32,000 nucleotides of DNA from Moraxella nasicaprae (lineage in GTDB: Bacteria > Pseudomonadota > Gammaproteobacteria > Pseudomonadales > Moraxellaceae): NCBI RefSeq assembly GCF_025643275.1, contig NZ_CP089977.1:2040001-2072000 (forward strand). Direction: 5' to 3'. Every line of letters starts with the position of its first letter. The first letter of the stretch is position 1. Position numbers and translations under genes: made by a program. A model generated the notes under the pieces. The model was not told where the DNA came from and searched no databases. It saw only the letters and a list, made by a program, of their open reading frames with translations. Positions 6,897 through 15,297 of this stretch are shown here, in pieces.

Positions 6897-8696
6897 TTAA
6901 AACCCCATACTGGCACTCATACCAATCACTGTGCTTTTATCAATAAAATCAGGGGTTTTGATGCCTTTGCCAATAAAAGCATCAAGATGTAGGTTGTGAT
7001 ATTGTTGTTTAATGCCAATTGCTCCTGTGATAATATATCGCTGATTGGGGTGGGTATAAGCACCACGCACCCAGCCTTGGTCTAGGCTTGTATATAATTG
7101 TGTTTTGGTAATATCTGACTGATAAGGTAATTGCCAAGAAAGTGTTTGCTGTAGTGTACTGCCATGTTCACCTGCCAGATGATTGCCTTCTTTGATGCCT
7201 TTGGTGCGATAGCGACCACCCAAGTAAAATAACTCTGATGAAACAGGCAGGCGTTTGGCATATTGTCCTTGTATTTTGGCTTGATAAACAAGGTTTTGAT
7301 GACGAATCACAAAAGGTTGTTGATAGTCAATATACCAAGACCAAATCGGCGATCTGGCATAGCCTTCTGCAGGCAGTTTTCTACCAAAGGCATCGTAAAC
7401 TTGCTCTTCAGGAGCGGGTTTTGCCCCAAGCATCGCTGTGCCATGTCGATAGTCTATATTGGCATAGATAAAGCCCTGATTGGGCAAGTATCTTTGATGA
7501 CCGATACCCAAATGATAGCCTGCCGTTTTGCGACTTTGGACTTCAATAGCAATATCATCGATATAATGATCGCTGTATTGATGATAGGCTTTTAGGTAGC
7601 CATCTGTTTTATGATGATTGCCACGATGTAAAACCCTAGAAATGCCCAGTGTGCTTGTCGTGGTATCGCCGTGATAAGTTAAAGGGTTTTGAAAGCTGGG
7701 CAGGTAATGTTCATAATGGCTTTTTTGATGATTGGCGGTCAATTTATAAAATCCAACTGGTATCGTCAAACCAATCTGATAATTAAGCTGATAATCTTTA
7801 CCAAGCTGTGTCTTTGGAGTTTGTTGTATCAAATCAATGCCACGATGCAAAGGGTAGCTGATGCCAAATTGCCAATCATCATTAAATCGCATCACATTAG
7901 TGGCTGACAGATCAAGCTGTGCCAAATAAGTGCCATAGCGTTTAGATAAGGTATCATCAACTGTGAAGCTACCAGCAAATTGGCGAGTCTGATTCATTTT
8001 AATCAGTAAATCACTAAAACCAACCCTTTGGGTATTTCGTGCTGGTCTAATCTGAATATCGGTAGTAGAATCAATTTTCTTTAAAGTCTCAAGACCTTGT
8101 TCCAATTTATTAAGTAAAAAGACATCATCAGTATCTAGCGGCAATGCCTGCCTAATAAATAATGGCGGTGTATATTTGTCTAAGTTTGTAAAAATGATAC
8201 GATCTACTTTGCCAGGTTTGATGGTTAAAACCAATGTTCCTGTATTTAAATCCTGCTCACCCACTTCAATATGACTGGTTAAATAGCCAAGTTTTATCAA
8301 CTGATTTTGGGCAATGCGTACTATTTTTTGTAGATTGTATGAACCAATGCATTTTCCCAAAGCATAATTATCAGCACTTGGGTTGGTTAAAGGAGTTAGT
8401 ACACTGGCAAATAAAGATGATGGGATATCTGATGAAGTGTATAGTCTGATTTGATTGATGATGAAGCAAGGTTGATCCTTTGTCTCATCACGATAATCAT
8501 CATGGGTTAGACTGCTCAAATTGGTATCAAATCCCCACGCCAAATCTTGCTGTAATGAATGATTTTTAGTCAAAATACGCTGCTGTTGGGTAATCTGCGA
8601 TGGCAAATACTCATCATTTTGGTCGGCAAGTGTAAGTTGGGAAATTGGAGCAATAGAGAGTGCTAAGAATAAGTAAAGTTTAGTATTGTGTTGCAT
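6897..8696 (-). CDS. tpsB: TpsB/CdiB-type two-partner-secretion outer-membrane transporter (ShlB/FhaC/HecB family)
   Basis: 599 aa. It has a signal peptide (MQHNTKLYLFLALSIAPISQLTLA), a POTRA-like segment (..LNTGTLVLTIKPGKVDRIIF..) and a long beta-rich C-terminal part ending in ..MSASMGF, the terminal aromatic typical of OM barrels. Confidence 0.8.
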   Translation of the reverse strand: MQHNTKLYLFLALSIAPISQLTLADQNDEYLPSQITQQQRILTKNHSLQQDLAWGFDTNLSSLTHDDYRDETKDQPCFIINQIRLYTSSDIPSSLFASVLTPLTNPSADNYALGKCIGSYNLQKIVRIAQNQLIKLGYLTSHIEVGEQDLNTGTLVLTIKPGKVDRIIFTNLDKYTPPLFIRQALPLDTDDVFLLNKLEQGLETLKKIDSTTDIQIRPARNTQRVGFSDLLIKMNQTRQFAGSFTVDDTLSKRYGTYLAQLDLSATNVMRFNDDWQFGISYPLHRGIDLIQQTPKTQLGKDYQLNYQIGLTIPVGFYKLTANHQKSHYEHYLPSFQNPLTYHGDTTTSTLGISRVLHRGNHHKTDGYLKAYHQYSDHYIDDIAIEVQSRKTAGYHLGIGHQRYLPNQGFIYANIDYRHGTAMLGAKPAPEEQVYDAFGRKLPAEGYARSPIWSWYIDYQQPFVIRHQNLVYQAKIQGQYAKRLPVSSELFYLGGRYRTKGIKEGNHLAGEHGSTLQQTLSWQLPYQSDITKTQLYTSLDQGWVRGAYTHPNQRYIITGAIGIKQQYHNLHLDAFIGKGIKTPDFIDKSTVIGMSASMGF

Positions 8697-8785
8697 GGAT
8701 TGATTGTAAGCTTATTGGTTGTACAAGAAATATTGCCATACTGTTTTTTTAAGACTGGTAGTTGATTGTCTTATAACACTCATCA

Positions 8786-9391
8786 TTATACACCCAACCA
8801 CACACCCAATCTACCCACATGATAGGTGTGAAAGTCATCGACTTCAATATTATAGACAGTATCGGTGTGGTTGGGTAGTAGGTATTGGCTTATGACTTCT
8901 ACTTCTTGATTGTTTCTATCAAGCAGTATCATACCTTGTTCTAGTAAGAAGGCTTTTAGCCAGCCTGTATCTTTAATCCAAAATGGGTGTTCGGCTGTGG
9001 TTTCTAGGGTTTCTATGTCTCCTTGATGGTTTTTGACCGTGACTTGGAAAATGGGCTGGTCAGGTGTTGCTTTGGTGGCAATGACAGGACGATAGCCGTA
9101 TTCTAGGGTAATGTCATTTCTTGTCCAAACAAGCTCACCACCTGTGAAGGTTTCGATGGTTTTCAAGCCTTCTGATGTTTCAATAAGTGTTCCTGCGGTG
9201 AAGCAAGCTGTGCCAGTGGTGCAGGTTGCTTTGGGTTGGGTAGGGTTTTTGGTGTTGGCGGTATTTTTGTTAACTGTAGAAACCCTTTTAGCCTCAGCCA
9301 ACACCTTCTCAGCAGCCTCTTTACTTTTAAAGACTTTGCTGATTACTTTGCCACCAGCTTTAATAACAAACCCACCAGCACCACCTGTCAC
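8786..9391 (-). pseudogene. Orphan polymorphic-toxin fragment: shared pre-toxin motif plus a Hint (intein-like) domain, with no toxin tip
   Basis: The frame is open upstream to 9466 with no ATG; the track start is GTG. The N-terminal Hint block is CFTAGTLIETSEG. The C-terminal block VYNIEVDDFHTYHVGRLGVW is followed by LGV-stop, where Hint domains normally end in VHN plus a toxin. The N-terminal part (IKAGGKVISKVFKSKEAAEKVLAEAKRVS) parallels cdiA residues IAKGSKKVVGLFKSKGDAEKVLEGAKKQS. Confidence 0.6.
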
Positions 9392-9561
9392 AACCGCAAG
9401 GGCAAGCTCTTCTAGTGTGGCGGTTAATACACTTTTTCTTTTGTTATAAATACAAAAAATAAACGCTCATATTAAACTAAATCAAAGTCCAGCACCTAGC
9501 AAATTCAATGAGTGATGACAAATGTTTGAGTTGTGCCATCACCAAATAAGCTTACTAGGAT

Positions 9562-10041
9562 TTAATCATATAAGCAACCATCTTTACTTGCCTTATGATG
9601 GGAAGCCCTAATTTTTTCCAGAAATTCTTCTGGTATAGAAAATGGTTTTAGGTTGATGTTATGTGCATCGCTAAAAATTTCAAATTCTCGATCTCCTTTT
9701 AGAACAACGAGATTGTCTAAATGCCTGTCAATCACATAATAATATTTATCATTATTCCATAAATGGTATAATCCTTGTTTATCGCATAATTTTATAAATA
9801 ATCCATACGGTATGTAATAATCTTTGGTTTGATAATAATCAATTACTCCGATATCAGGTATGGGTATGTATACCTCTGGATGGCGTGAATATAAAACATA
9901 CCATCGCTCATCAGGGCTAAATTGTTTTAGATAGTAAGTACCACTCAAATTAATCTCCCTGTCTTCGTAGTATAAAATTACCGCAACACACAATAATACA
10001 AAGCAGAGTGATAAAAATAATACCTTGATAAATCTGAACAT
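9562..10041 (-). CDS. Putative immunity protein, N-terminally membrane-anchored (159 aa)
   Basis: ATG at 10041 lies 4 nt after the upstream TAA (10046-10048). The N-terminus MFRFIKVLFLSLCFVLLCVAVILYY forms a single TM helix. The track N-terminal extension overlaps the upstream gene and is unlikely. Confidence 0.55.
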   Translation of the reverse strand: MFRFIKVLFLSLCFVLLCVAVILYYEDREINLSGTYYLKQFSPDERWYVLYSRHPEVYIPIPDIGVIDYYQTKDYYIPYGLFIKLCDKQGLYHLWNNDKYYYVIDRHLDNLVVLKGDREFEIFSDAHNINLKPFSIPEEFLEKIRASHHKASKDGCLYD

Positions 10042-10045
10042 GGTG

Positions 10046-10453
10046 TTAATCCTTAAGTTTGATGATATTTTTCGGGTTGTAATTGGTTTTATTAAAGGAA
10101 ATTTTAAAGCCAATACAACCACTTAAAAATCCACAAATAGGTTCTCCAATTTTGGTATTGATATTTCTAAGAACTTCATCTGGCTTCAAGGAATGATGCA
10201 TTTCAAAATCATATGTATCATCATAAAATCCATAAGTTCCATCGGTTCTTTTTACCAAAGTTAAGGTGCCAAAAATTGCCCATTTGAACGGATTTACTGG
10301 TCTTGCAGTAACTCTCAAATTACCACTGCCATTTTTGGCGGATTCCCAAGAGTCTGTTACTAAAACTTTGCCAACATCATCAGCACTAACTAATATAGTT
10401 AAATTTTTATCTGTATTGAGCTGATAGAGATAATCCAGGTTTTCTTTGTTCAT
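10046..10453 (-). CDS. Stand-alone colicin-M-like (lipid II-degrading) toxin domain candidate (135 aa)
   Basis: ATG 10453 has GGGGA 5 nt upstream. The C-terminal half, ..TDGTYGFYDDTYDFEMHHSLKPDEVL..IGEP..G..GFKISF.., resembles the ColM catalytic region ..FNDKYDFNASTHRGIIGESL..G..YQILL.. (D-x-Y-D-F motif). This was recognised by eye only. Confidence 0.45.
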   Translation of the reverse strand: MNKENLDYLYQLNTDKNLTILVSADDVGKVLVTDSWESAKNGSGNLRVTARPVNPFKWAIFGTLTLVKRTDGTYGFYDDTYDFEMHHSLKPDEVLRNINTKIGEPICGFLSGCIGFKISFNKTNYNPKNIIKLKD

Positions 10454-10602
10454 CTTAATCCCCACCACAATAAACCAACCACACACTCTGCAATAAATGG
10501 GATAATTCAAAACGATGTGGGACAAGTTAAGACAGACCATTTTGCAAGGGCGTTACACTGGGTGCAACAAGTTGGGTGGGATATGAATTTTAAGTTTTTA
10601 GG

Positions 10603-10632
10603 AAAAGACAGGTAAAAATACCTGTCTTTTTT
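10603..10632. terminator. Rho-independent terminator at the compositional boundary between the toxin island and the prophage
   Basis: aaa-agacaggta / aaaa / tacctgtct-ttttt. 9-bp stem, T-run on the plus strand and a shorter U-run on the minus strand, 38 nt after the G-like gene. Confidence 0.7.
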
Positions 10633-10669
10633 ATTGCCTTATTTTAACACATAAACTGGCGGACAGGTT

Positions 10670-11152
10670 TTAGGTGCCAGATGTCAGGGCGGATAGGGCG
10701 ACTTCTATTAACCGTCTGTCACCATCGCTTTGTAATTGCCCATCAGAGGAAACGGGTAAAAATGGGCGAGCGGGTAGTGTTACCGATTTGACCTTGGCAA
10801 AACCATTTGGGGTGGCAAAGACAAGATGGGATTTTTGCTTTGGGGTGATTGTACCACCAAAATGATGAATGCGGGCATAAATCATATTGGTGCCGACGGT
10901 GGCGGTTGTACTGCTTGCCGAGCTTGTAATGCTATCTCTTAGCTCGCTTGTATTGGTTAGGGTTTTTCCATCACCAAAGGCTTTACGCACCCACGCCTGT
11001 CCGCCAAAGGCTTCGTTTTCAAAGTTGTCGGCGGTCATTGTCTCTAATTCTGTGGCAAGAGATTGCATAATGACACGGCTATTACTGGCATTTCTTAATA
11101 ATTGAGCCAAAGTGCGTTGAGCTTGGCTGTCGTCTAGGTTGATAATGAGCAT
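10670..11152 (-). CDS. Mu G-like virion morphogenesis protein
   Basis: 160 aa from ATG 11152. It has ..GGQAWVRKAF.. and ..ARIHHFGGTITPK..LPARPFL.., typical of the phage virion morphogenesis (Mu gpG) family. It follows the F-like gene as in Mu. Confidence 0.75.
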   Translation of the reverse strand: MLIINLDDSQAQRTLAQLLRNASNSRVIMQSLATELETMTADNFENEAFGGQAWVRKAFGDGKTLTNTSELRDSITSSASSTTATVGTNMIYARIHHFGGTITPKQKSHLVFATPNGFAKVKSVTLPARPFLPVSSDGQLQSDGDRRLIEVALSALTSGT

Positions 11153-11180
11153 TGGCAAAGTTTCCTAAGTTTGGTATAAT
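11152..11180 (+). promoter_or_regulatory. Near-consensus sigma70 promoter with extended -10, pointing rightward (antisense to the late operon)
   Basis: TTGGCA (11152-11157), a 17-nt spacer ending in TGg, and TATAAT (11175-11180). It overlaps the G start codon on the other strand. Confidence 0.55.
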
Positions 11181-11186
11181 GTGGAT

Positions 11187-11281
11187 ATTCTGCAACGAGT
11201 CCTGCGTGGGCGGGGGGAGTAACACACCTAGGTGTGCCAGTTCGGTTACGGTTCGAGTCCGTCAAAGTTGCAGAATTTTTT
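11187..11281 (+). ncRNA. Candidate ~95-nt structured small RNA (tRNA-like T-arm, 10-bp terminal stem, U-tract)
   Basis: The predicted TSS, ~7 nt after the -10, coincides with the first base of attctgcaac (11187-11196). That arm pairs perfectly with gttgcagaat (11267-11276), followed by tttttt. Internal elements are hairpin cacac/ctag/gtgtg and acgg-ttcgagt-ccgt (a GGTTCGAGTCC T-loop signature). Confidence 0.45.
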
Positions 11282-12509
11282 ATTGGATTTTGGCAAATAC
11301 ATTGCCATCAATAGACCCTTTAATGCTGTTTAAATCTTGATAAAATCCACTTATCACTTCCGCCCCATTCTTGGTCATCTGCACCGTCAGCTTAATCACT
11401 TTATCATCAGACATTTTATAAACAAGCAATAAATTGTTATTTTGGGTGTCCCAAAGCTCCCAATCAGGCTTGCCAAACTCACGCACAATTTTTTGTAGTG
11501 CCACTTCGTCCAAAGCGTCATTGTGAGCGGTGTGCCGTGTATTTTTACGACCTGTGATGACCTTATCACGAAAGCCTACCACAGGCGATAGCTCGTTCAA
11601 GTCAAGCCCTTCTTTCTCTGCCAATTTTTCCAATGACTTTTGGGGTAATATGCCCACCCCATAAGTCCGACCCTGTACTTGTCCATTGATTTGACTTTGG
11701 CGAACCCACGCCAAAAACCCCGCCACTCGCACATCAGATGCCATATCTTTGGCAATCTCTTGCAGAGCGTGTTGTTGCCCTAGGGCTTGGCGGGCTTTGT
11801 CATACCAAAGTTTATCAAACAAATGACTGGCAACAGGACTACCACCAAAACCATTTTCGCCCAAAACCAGCGTATCATTATCACTTTGGCTAATGCCAAC
11901 CCTATCAGCTTGTTTTGCCGTGATTGCCTTGACGGTACATCGGCAACCAAAGCCATTTGGTGGATACGAATGCGACCAAAAGGGGTCGTCGTGGGCATAG
12001 ACCGCTCCGTGCCTTGCCGAGTGGCTAGGGCGGGTGCGATTATCTAGAATGGCTGAGTATTGCCAATAAGGGTGGGTGTGAGCCGCTTCTTTCATTCGCT
12101 CGTATTTGGCGGTCATTATGGCGGTTCGGCGGTTGGTGTGGTAGATGGTTTTTAGGCGACGATTTGAGCCTAATTTGACTTGTTCTGTCTGACCTGTTTT
12201 GGGATTTCTTGCTAGTGTTTCGCCCCACCAACCCTGCTGTATCAAATAGGGTTTGATGGTATGTTCAAAACCCTTGTAGCCTGTGCCGTCTGCCATCGCC
12301 TGCTCTATCGCTTTTTTGGTGGTGGAGAGCATATCAAGGGCGGTCATTTTGGCAACCGTAAAACTGCGTGCATGAGCAAGGGCGTGTGTGTCCGTCCAAT
12401 CCCAACCGATGTGTAAGCCTTTGGATTTTAGGTGTTCAATGGCTCGCTCTGGGGGCATATCAAATAGAGCTTTGATTTCCTGATTGGTAAGTTTGTCAAT
12501 ATTACCCAT
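11280..12509 (-). CDS. Mu F-like head morphogenesis protein
   Basis: Motif WQYSAILDNRTRPSHSARHG...FWSHSYPPNGFGCRCTV (Phage_Mu_F / SPP1 gp7 family signature). It sits between the portal and G genes. Confidence 0.85.
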   Translation of the reverse strand: MGNIDKLTNQEIKALFDMPPERAIEHLKSKGLHIGWDWTDTHALAHARSFTVAKMTALDMLSTTKKAIEQAMADGTGYKGFEHTIKPYLIQQGWWGETLARNPKTGQTEQVKLGSNRRLKTIYHTNRRTAIMTAKYERMKEAAHTHPYWQYSAILDNRTRPSHSARHGAVYAHDDPFWSHSYPPNGFGCRCTVKAITAKQADRVGISQSDNDTLVLGENGFGGSPVASHLFDKLWYDKARQALGQQHALQEIAKDMASDVRVAGFLAWVRQSQINGQVQGRTYGVGILPQKSLEKLAEKEGLDLNELSPVVGFRDKVITGRKNTRHTAHNDALDEVALQKIVREFGKPDWELWDTQNNNLLLVYKMSDDKVIKLTVQMTKNGAEVISGFYQDLNSIKGSIDGNVFAKIQ

Positions 12510-12510
12510 T

Positions 12511-13986
12511 TTAATTTAACCCCATTTCTTCTTGGGTTTGTAGCCGTGAGAGTGTGTCGGCGATAAACAGCATTTGGGTCAGTTTATCTTGGAGTTCATC
12601 AATGTTCATTGTGGGATAAAGACTGGCTAATTTTTCCAAAAGAGCGGTTTCACTGTCCAAATTGACACTGTCCAAACTGGTAAAATCATCTAGCATTTGC
12701 ACCACTTGGGCGGTCAAATCATCATCACTTGGCACGCCTATCGCCAATTTATCAGACAAATCGCCCTGCAAAGTGAAAGATTTTTCACTAAAATTGGGGG
12801 TGGTTGGTACGGTGTGTGTAGGCATTGGCTTGGCATTTAGGGTAAATTCATCTGCTGACAAATTATACGCCCGCTCATAATAGCTTTGGGTAAACGACAC
12901 GCCAAGAGCGGTCAAAATCTGGTCTCGCTCCGCTAGGGTTTTGTCGCCCACCTCGTCTTCATACAGCACAAATTTGGGTGGACTTACCTTGTGAAAATTC
13001 AGCTCACAAATCCACGCCAAAAGCGTATTAAAACAGCTCTCCACCACACGGCAATCATTATCACGAATGTCTTTTGTAACGGTAAGCCCTGCCATTGCCG
13101 AAGCGTGGCTCGTGTCTTTTTCGGTGGTTTGGTCTTGACCCAGTAAGGCGATGTTAATCTCGCTACGGCAATAACGAATAAAGTCGTCAAACACCTGCGA
13201 TGAGCCTGTTTTGCCTGTGGCTTCTTTGATTTCAACAGAACTGTCGTTGGGGATTGTTGCCACCGCATTACCCATTAAGTCTTCTAGGGCATCAAGGAGT
13301 TTATTGGTATCATCATCGGTATTGGAGCGAGGTTCGTGTCCGATAATCCAAGGCGAGCCAAACTTTTCGGCAAATTCTGCCCAAAACTTTAACCCGCCAC
13401 GCTTAAAGACAGTCGCCCAATACACGCAAGACAGCTCGGCGGTGCCGTAGGGATTGGTAAAGCTGGCGTTGTTGGTGGGGCAAAGGATTTTAAACGGCGG
13501 CGGTGTGGTCTTGGTAATGCCATCAATCAGCAAAAGTTCGCCATCAGCGTCAAAGCCTGCCCATTCTTGGGGGATTGCGATGAGTTTGGTGGGCATCCAA
13601 ACGCCATTTTTAAACTGCCAAATCACTTCAATGGGCTGATAGCCATACAATACCGCCTCTAAAATCTGCCCAATCAGCCCATAAATGTCTAGACTGTCAA
13701 AAATTTGGTCTATGACGGCTTGCTCTTTATCTGACAAATCACTGTCAAGGCGGTAATTTAAGCCTGCCACGCTTGCCTTACGACGGCGTACCGCCCCTGC
13801 CACAATGGGGTCAATGAGTAATTCACGATACGCAGACAGGCTGGATTTGCCCAGTCGTCTTAGGATAATATCAGGATTTGGGAGGATTTGGCTAAATCCA
13901 TACAGCCCAAAATAGCGATGGGCGGTGGCGATTTGGCTTGTGAGTTCTTTTTTGTCCAGTTTTGGGGCTTGGTTTTGGTTTGTCAT
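12511..13986 (-). CDS. Portal protein (Mu gp29 / DUF935 type)
   Basis: 491 aa. The N-terminal part ..ILPNPDIILRRLGKSSLSAYRELLIDPIVAGAVRRRKASV.. is typical of Mu-type portals. The gene abuts the terminase large subunit stop. Confidence 0.85.
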   Translation of the reverse strand: MTNQNQAPKLDKKELTSQIATAHRYFGLYGFSQILPNPDIILRRLGKSSLSAYRELLIDPIVAGAVRRRKASVAGLNYRLDSDLSDKEQAVIDQIFDSLDIYGLIGQILEAVLYGYQPIEVIWQFKNGVWMPTKLIAIPQEWAGFDADGELLLIDGITKTTPPPFKILCPTNNASFTNPYGTAELSCVYWATVFKRGGLKFWAEFAEKFGSPWIIGHEPRSNTDDDTNKLLDALEDLMGNAVATIPNDSSVEIKEATGKTGSSQVFDDFIRYCRSEINIALLGQDQTTEKDTSHASAMAGLTVTKDIRDNDCRVVESCFNTLLAWICELNFHKVSPPKFVLYEDEVGDKTLAERDQILTALGVSFTQSYYERAYNLSADEFTLNAKPMPTHTVPTTPNFSEKSFTLQGDLSDKLAIGVPSDDDLTAQVVQMLDDFTSLDSVNLDSETALLEKLASLYPTMNIDELQDKLTQMLFIADTLSRLQTQEEMGLN

Positions 13987-15291
13987 TTAAAATCCTTGGG
14001 TAAATCTACTTTTCTTTTTTGGGTTTCGGCTAGATACTCGCACTGTGCCTGCATCATTGCTTGCTCCATACAGGGCAAGAAATAACGCCCAAGCTCGGTC
14101 AGCGTGTCCGCTGTTGTCACTTTCAGCGATAAATCTTGGCGTACCTGTGGGGGAGGTGACTTTTTTAAGTTTGTGCAAGTCAGCTCGCAAATCGGTGTCG
14201 CCCATTGGAATGCGCAAGCGTTTATCCTCAAAGGCTTGTTTGCCTGTGGTGGCTAGGACGAGCTTGGTGGAGCTACTAAAAATCACGCCCTCCACACGGC
14301 TTGACCCATAGCGAAATTTGGCATCTTCCACAGGTTTTTCGCCAAGCCCTGTCTGGTCGATACAGCATTTGACGACACGGTAATTGTCAAACACTTCATC
14401 AAGTAGGGCATCTTGCTCGGCAAAGCTAATACGCTTTCTTGCAATCACTTGCCTTGTCCAAAACACATCGCCAACTTGCTCAATCACCCAAATCACAAAT
14501 AAGTCATTGCGAATACCAATATCCACGCCAACAAAGCAAGCCCCGCCTGTGTAGTTATCCATATCGCCAGCATTGGGGTGTTCTACGCTGTCAATCAAGT
14601 CATAAGACAGCCACGCACTTGCCTCGTCCAGCCATTTTAGCTCATATTCTTGTTGCCAAGCGTCATCGTCATTTAAACCCTCTTTTAATTCGTCAATGTC
14701 TCGTGGCAAGCCGTCTGCCACGGCGGTATAAATGTCAGCGATGTGGCGAGACCATGCCTTGTTGTTCACATCGGTCATCAACTCATAAAATTTGTTGCCC
14801 TTGCCATTGGGTGTTGAGACCACTCGCAGTTTAAAGCCTGCACTGATGACAGGGAATAAGGCTTTCCAAATGGTGCGACTGTCAGCGTGAAAGGCAAATT
14901 CGTCCAAAAAGACATTGGCACTAAAACCCCTTGCCGTGTCGGGATTAGCGGGCAGGGCGGTGATTTTACTACCACCTGCCAAGATGACTTCAAGGGCATT
15001 GGTGGTGTTATCAAAGGGGACTTCTAGGACTTCACACGCCATACCAAAGGCTTCAAGGTGCTTTTTGACCCCCTCATTCATCGCTTCTTTGGCTTGGCGT
15101 TCGCCCCTTGACAAGATGACCCAACGAGCCTTTTGACCTTTACTTTCTTTGTCCAGACAGTCGAGTACAATTTCAAGCGTGGTGGTAAAGGTCTTACCTG
15201 TTTGGCGGGCAAACATACCAACTTTAAAACGACTGTTATCATTTAGCCATTTTTGCTGATAAGGGTATAAGATGATGGCGGAGTTTTGCAT
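13987..15291 (-). CDS. Terminase large subunit (Mu gp28-like)
   Basis: 434 aa with a Walker A-like FARQTGKTF near the N-terminus and an acidic nuclease-type C-terminal half. It lies between the DUF3486 small subunit and the portal. Confidence 0.85.
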   Translation of the reverse strand: MQNSAIILYPYQQKWLNDNSRFKVGMFARQTGKTFTTTLEIVLDCLDKESKGQKARWVILSRGERQAKEAMNEGVKKHLEAFGMACEVLEVPFDNTTNALEVILAGGSKITALPANPDTARGFSANVFLDEFAFHADSRTIWKALFPVISAGFKLRVVSTPNGKGNKFYELMTDVNNKAWSRHIADIYTAVADGLPRDIDELKEGLNDDDAWQQEYELKWLDEASAWLSYDLIDSVEHPNAGDMDNYTGGACFVGVDIGIRNDLFVIWVIEQVGDVFWTRQVIARKRISFAEQDALLDEVFDNYRVVKCCIDQTGLGEKPVEDAKFRYGSSRVEGVIFSSSTKLVLATTGKQAFEDKRLRIPMGDTDLRADLHKLKKVTSPTGTPRFIAESDNSGHADRAWALFLALYGASNDAGTVRVSSRNPKKKSRFTQGF

Positions 15292-15297
15292 TGCTGT

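Noticed and set aside
1048-9375. Inversion-type toxin switching between the shared motif in cdiA (1048-1135) and the inverted Hint orphan (9290-9375)
   Set aside because: The similarity is at protein level only. A codon-by-codon comparison shows many nucleotide differences and no long identical run, so homologous recombination between them is unlikely.
9111-9449. 112-aa plus-strand ORF
   Set aside because: It is antisense to the Hint-domain frame, has a low-complexity Val/Ala/Ser-rich translation, and lacks an RBS.
10042-10540. N-terminal extensions of track ORFs 9562-10122 and 10046-10540
   Set aside because: The extensions overlap the upstream gene or lack an RBS. Internal ATGs at 10041 and 10453 give tight coupling (a 4-nt gap) and a proper RBS.
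11187-11276. Canonical tRNA gene, suggested by GGTTCGAGTCC
   Set aside because: No seven-bp acceptor stem follows directly on the T-arm (four extra bases intervene). I found no D-arm or 7-nt anticodon loop and no discriminator/CCA context. It is kept only as a tRNA-like structured RNA candidate.
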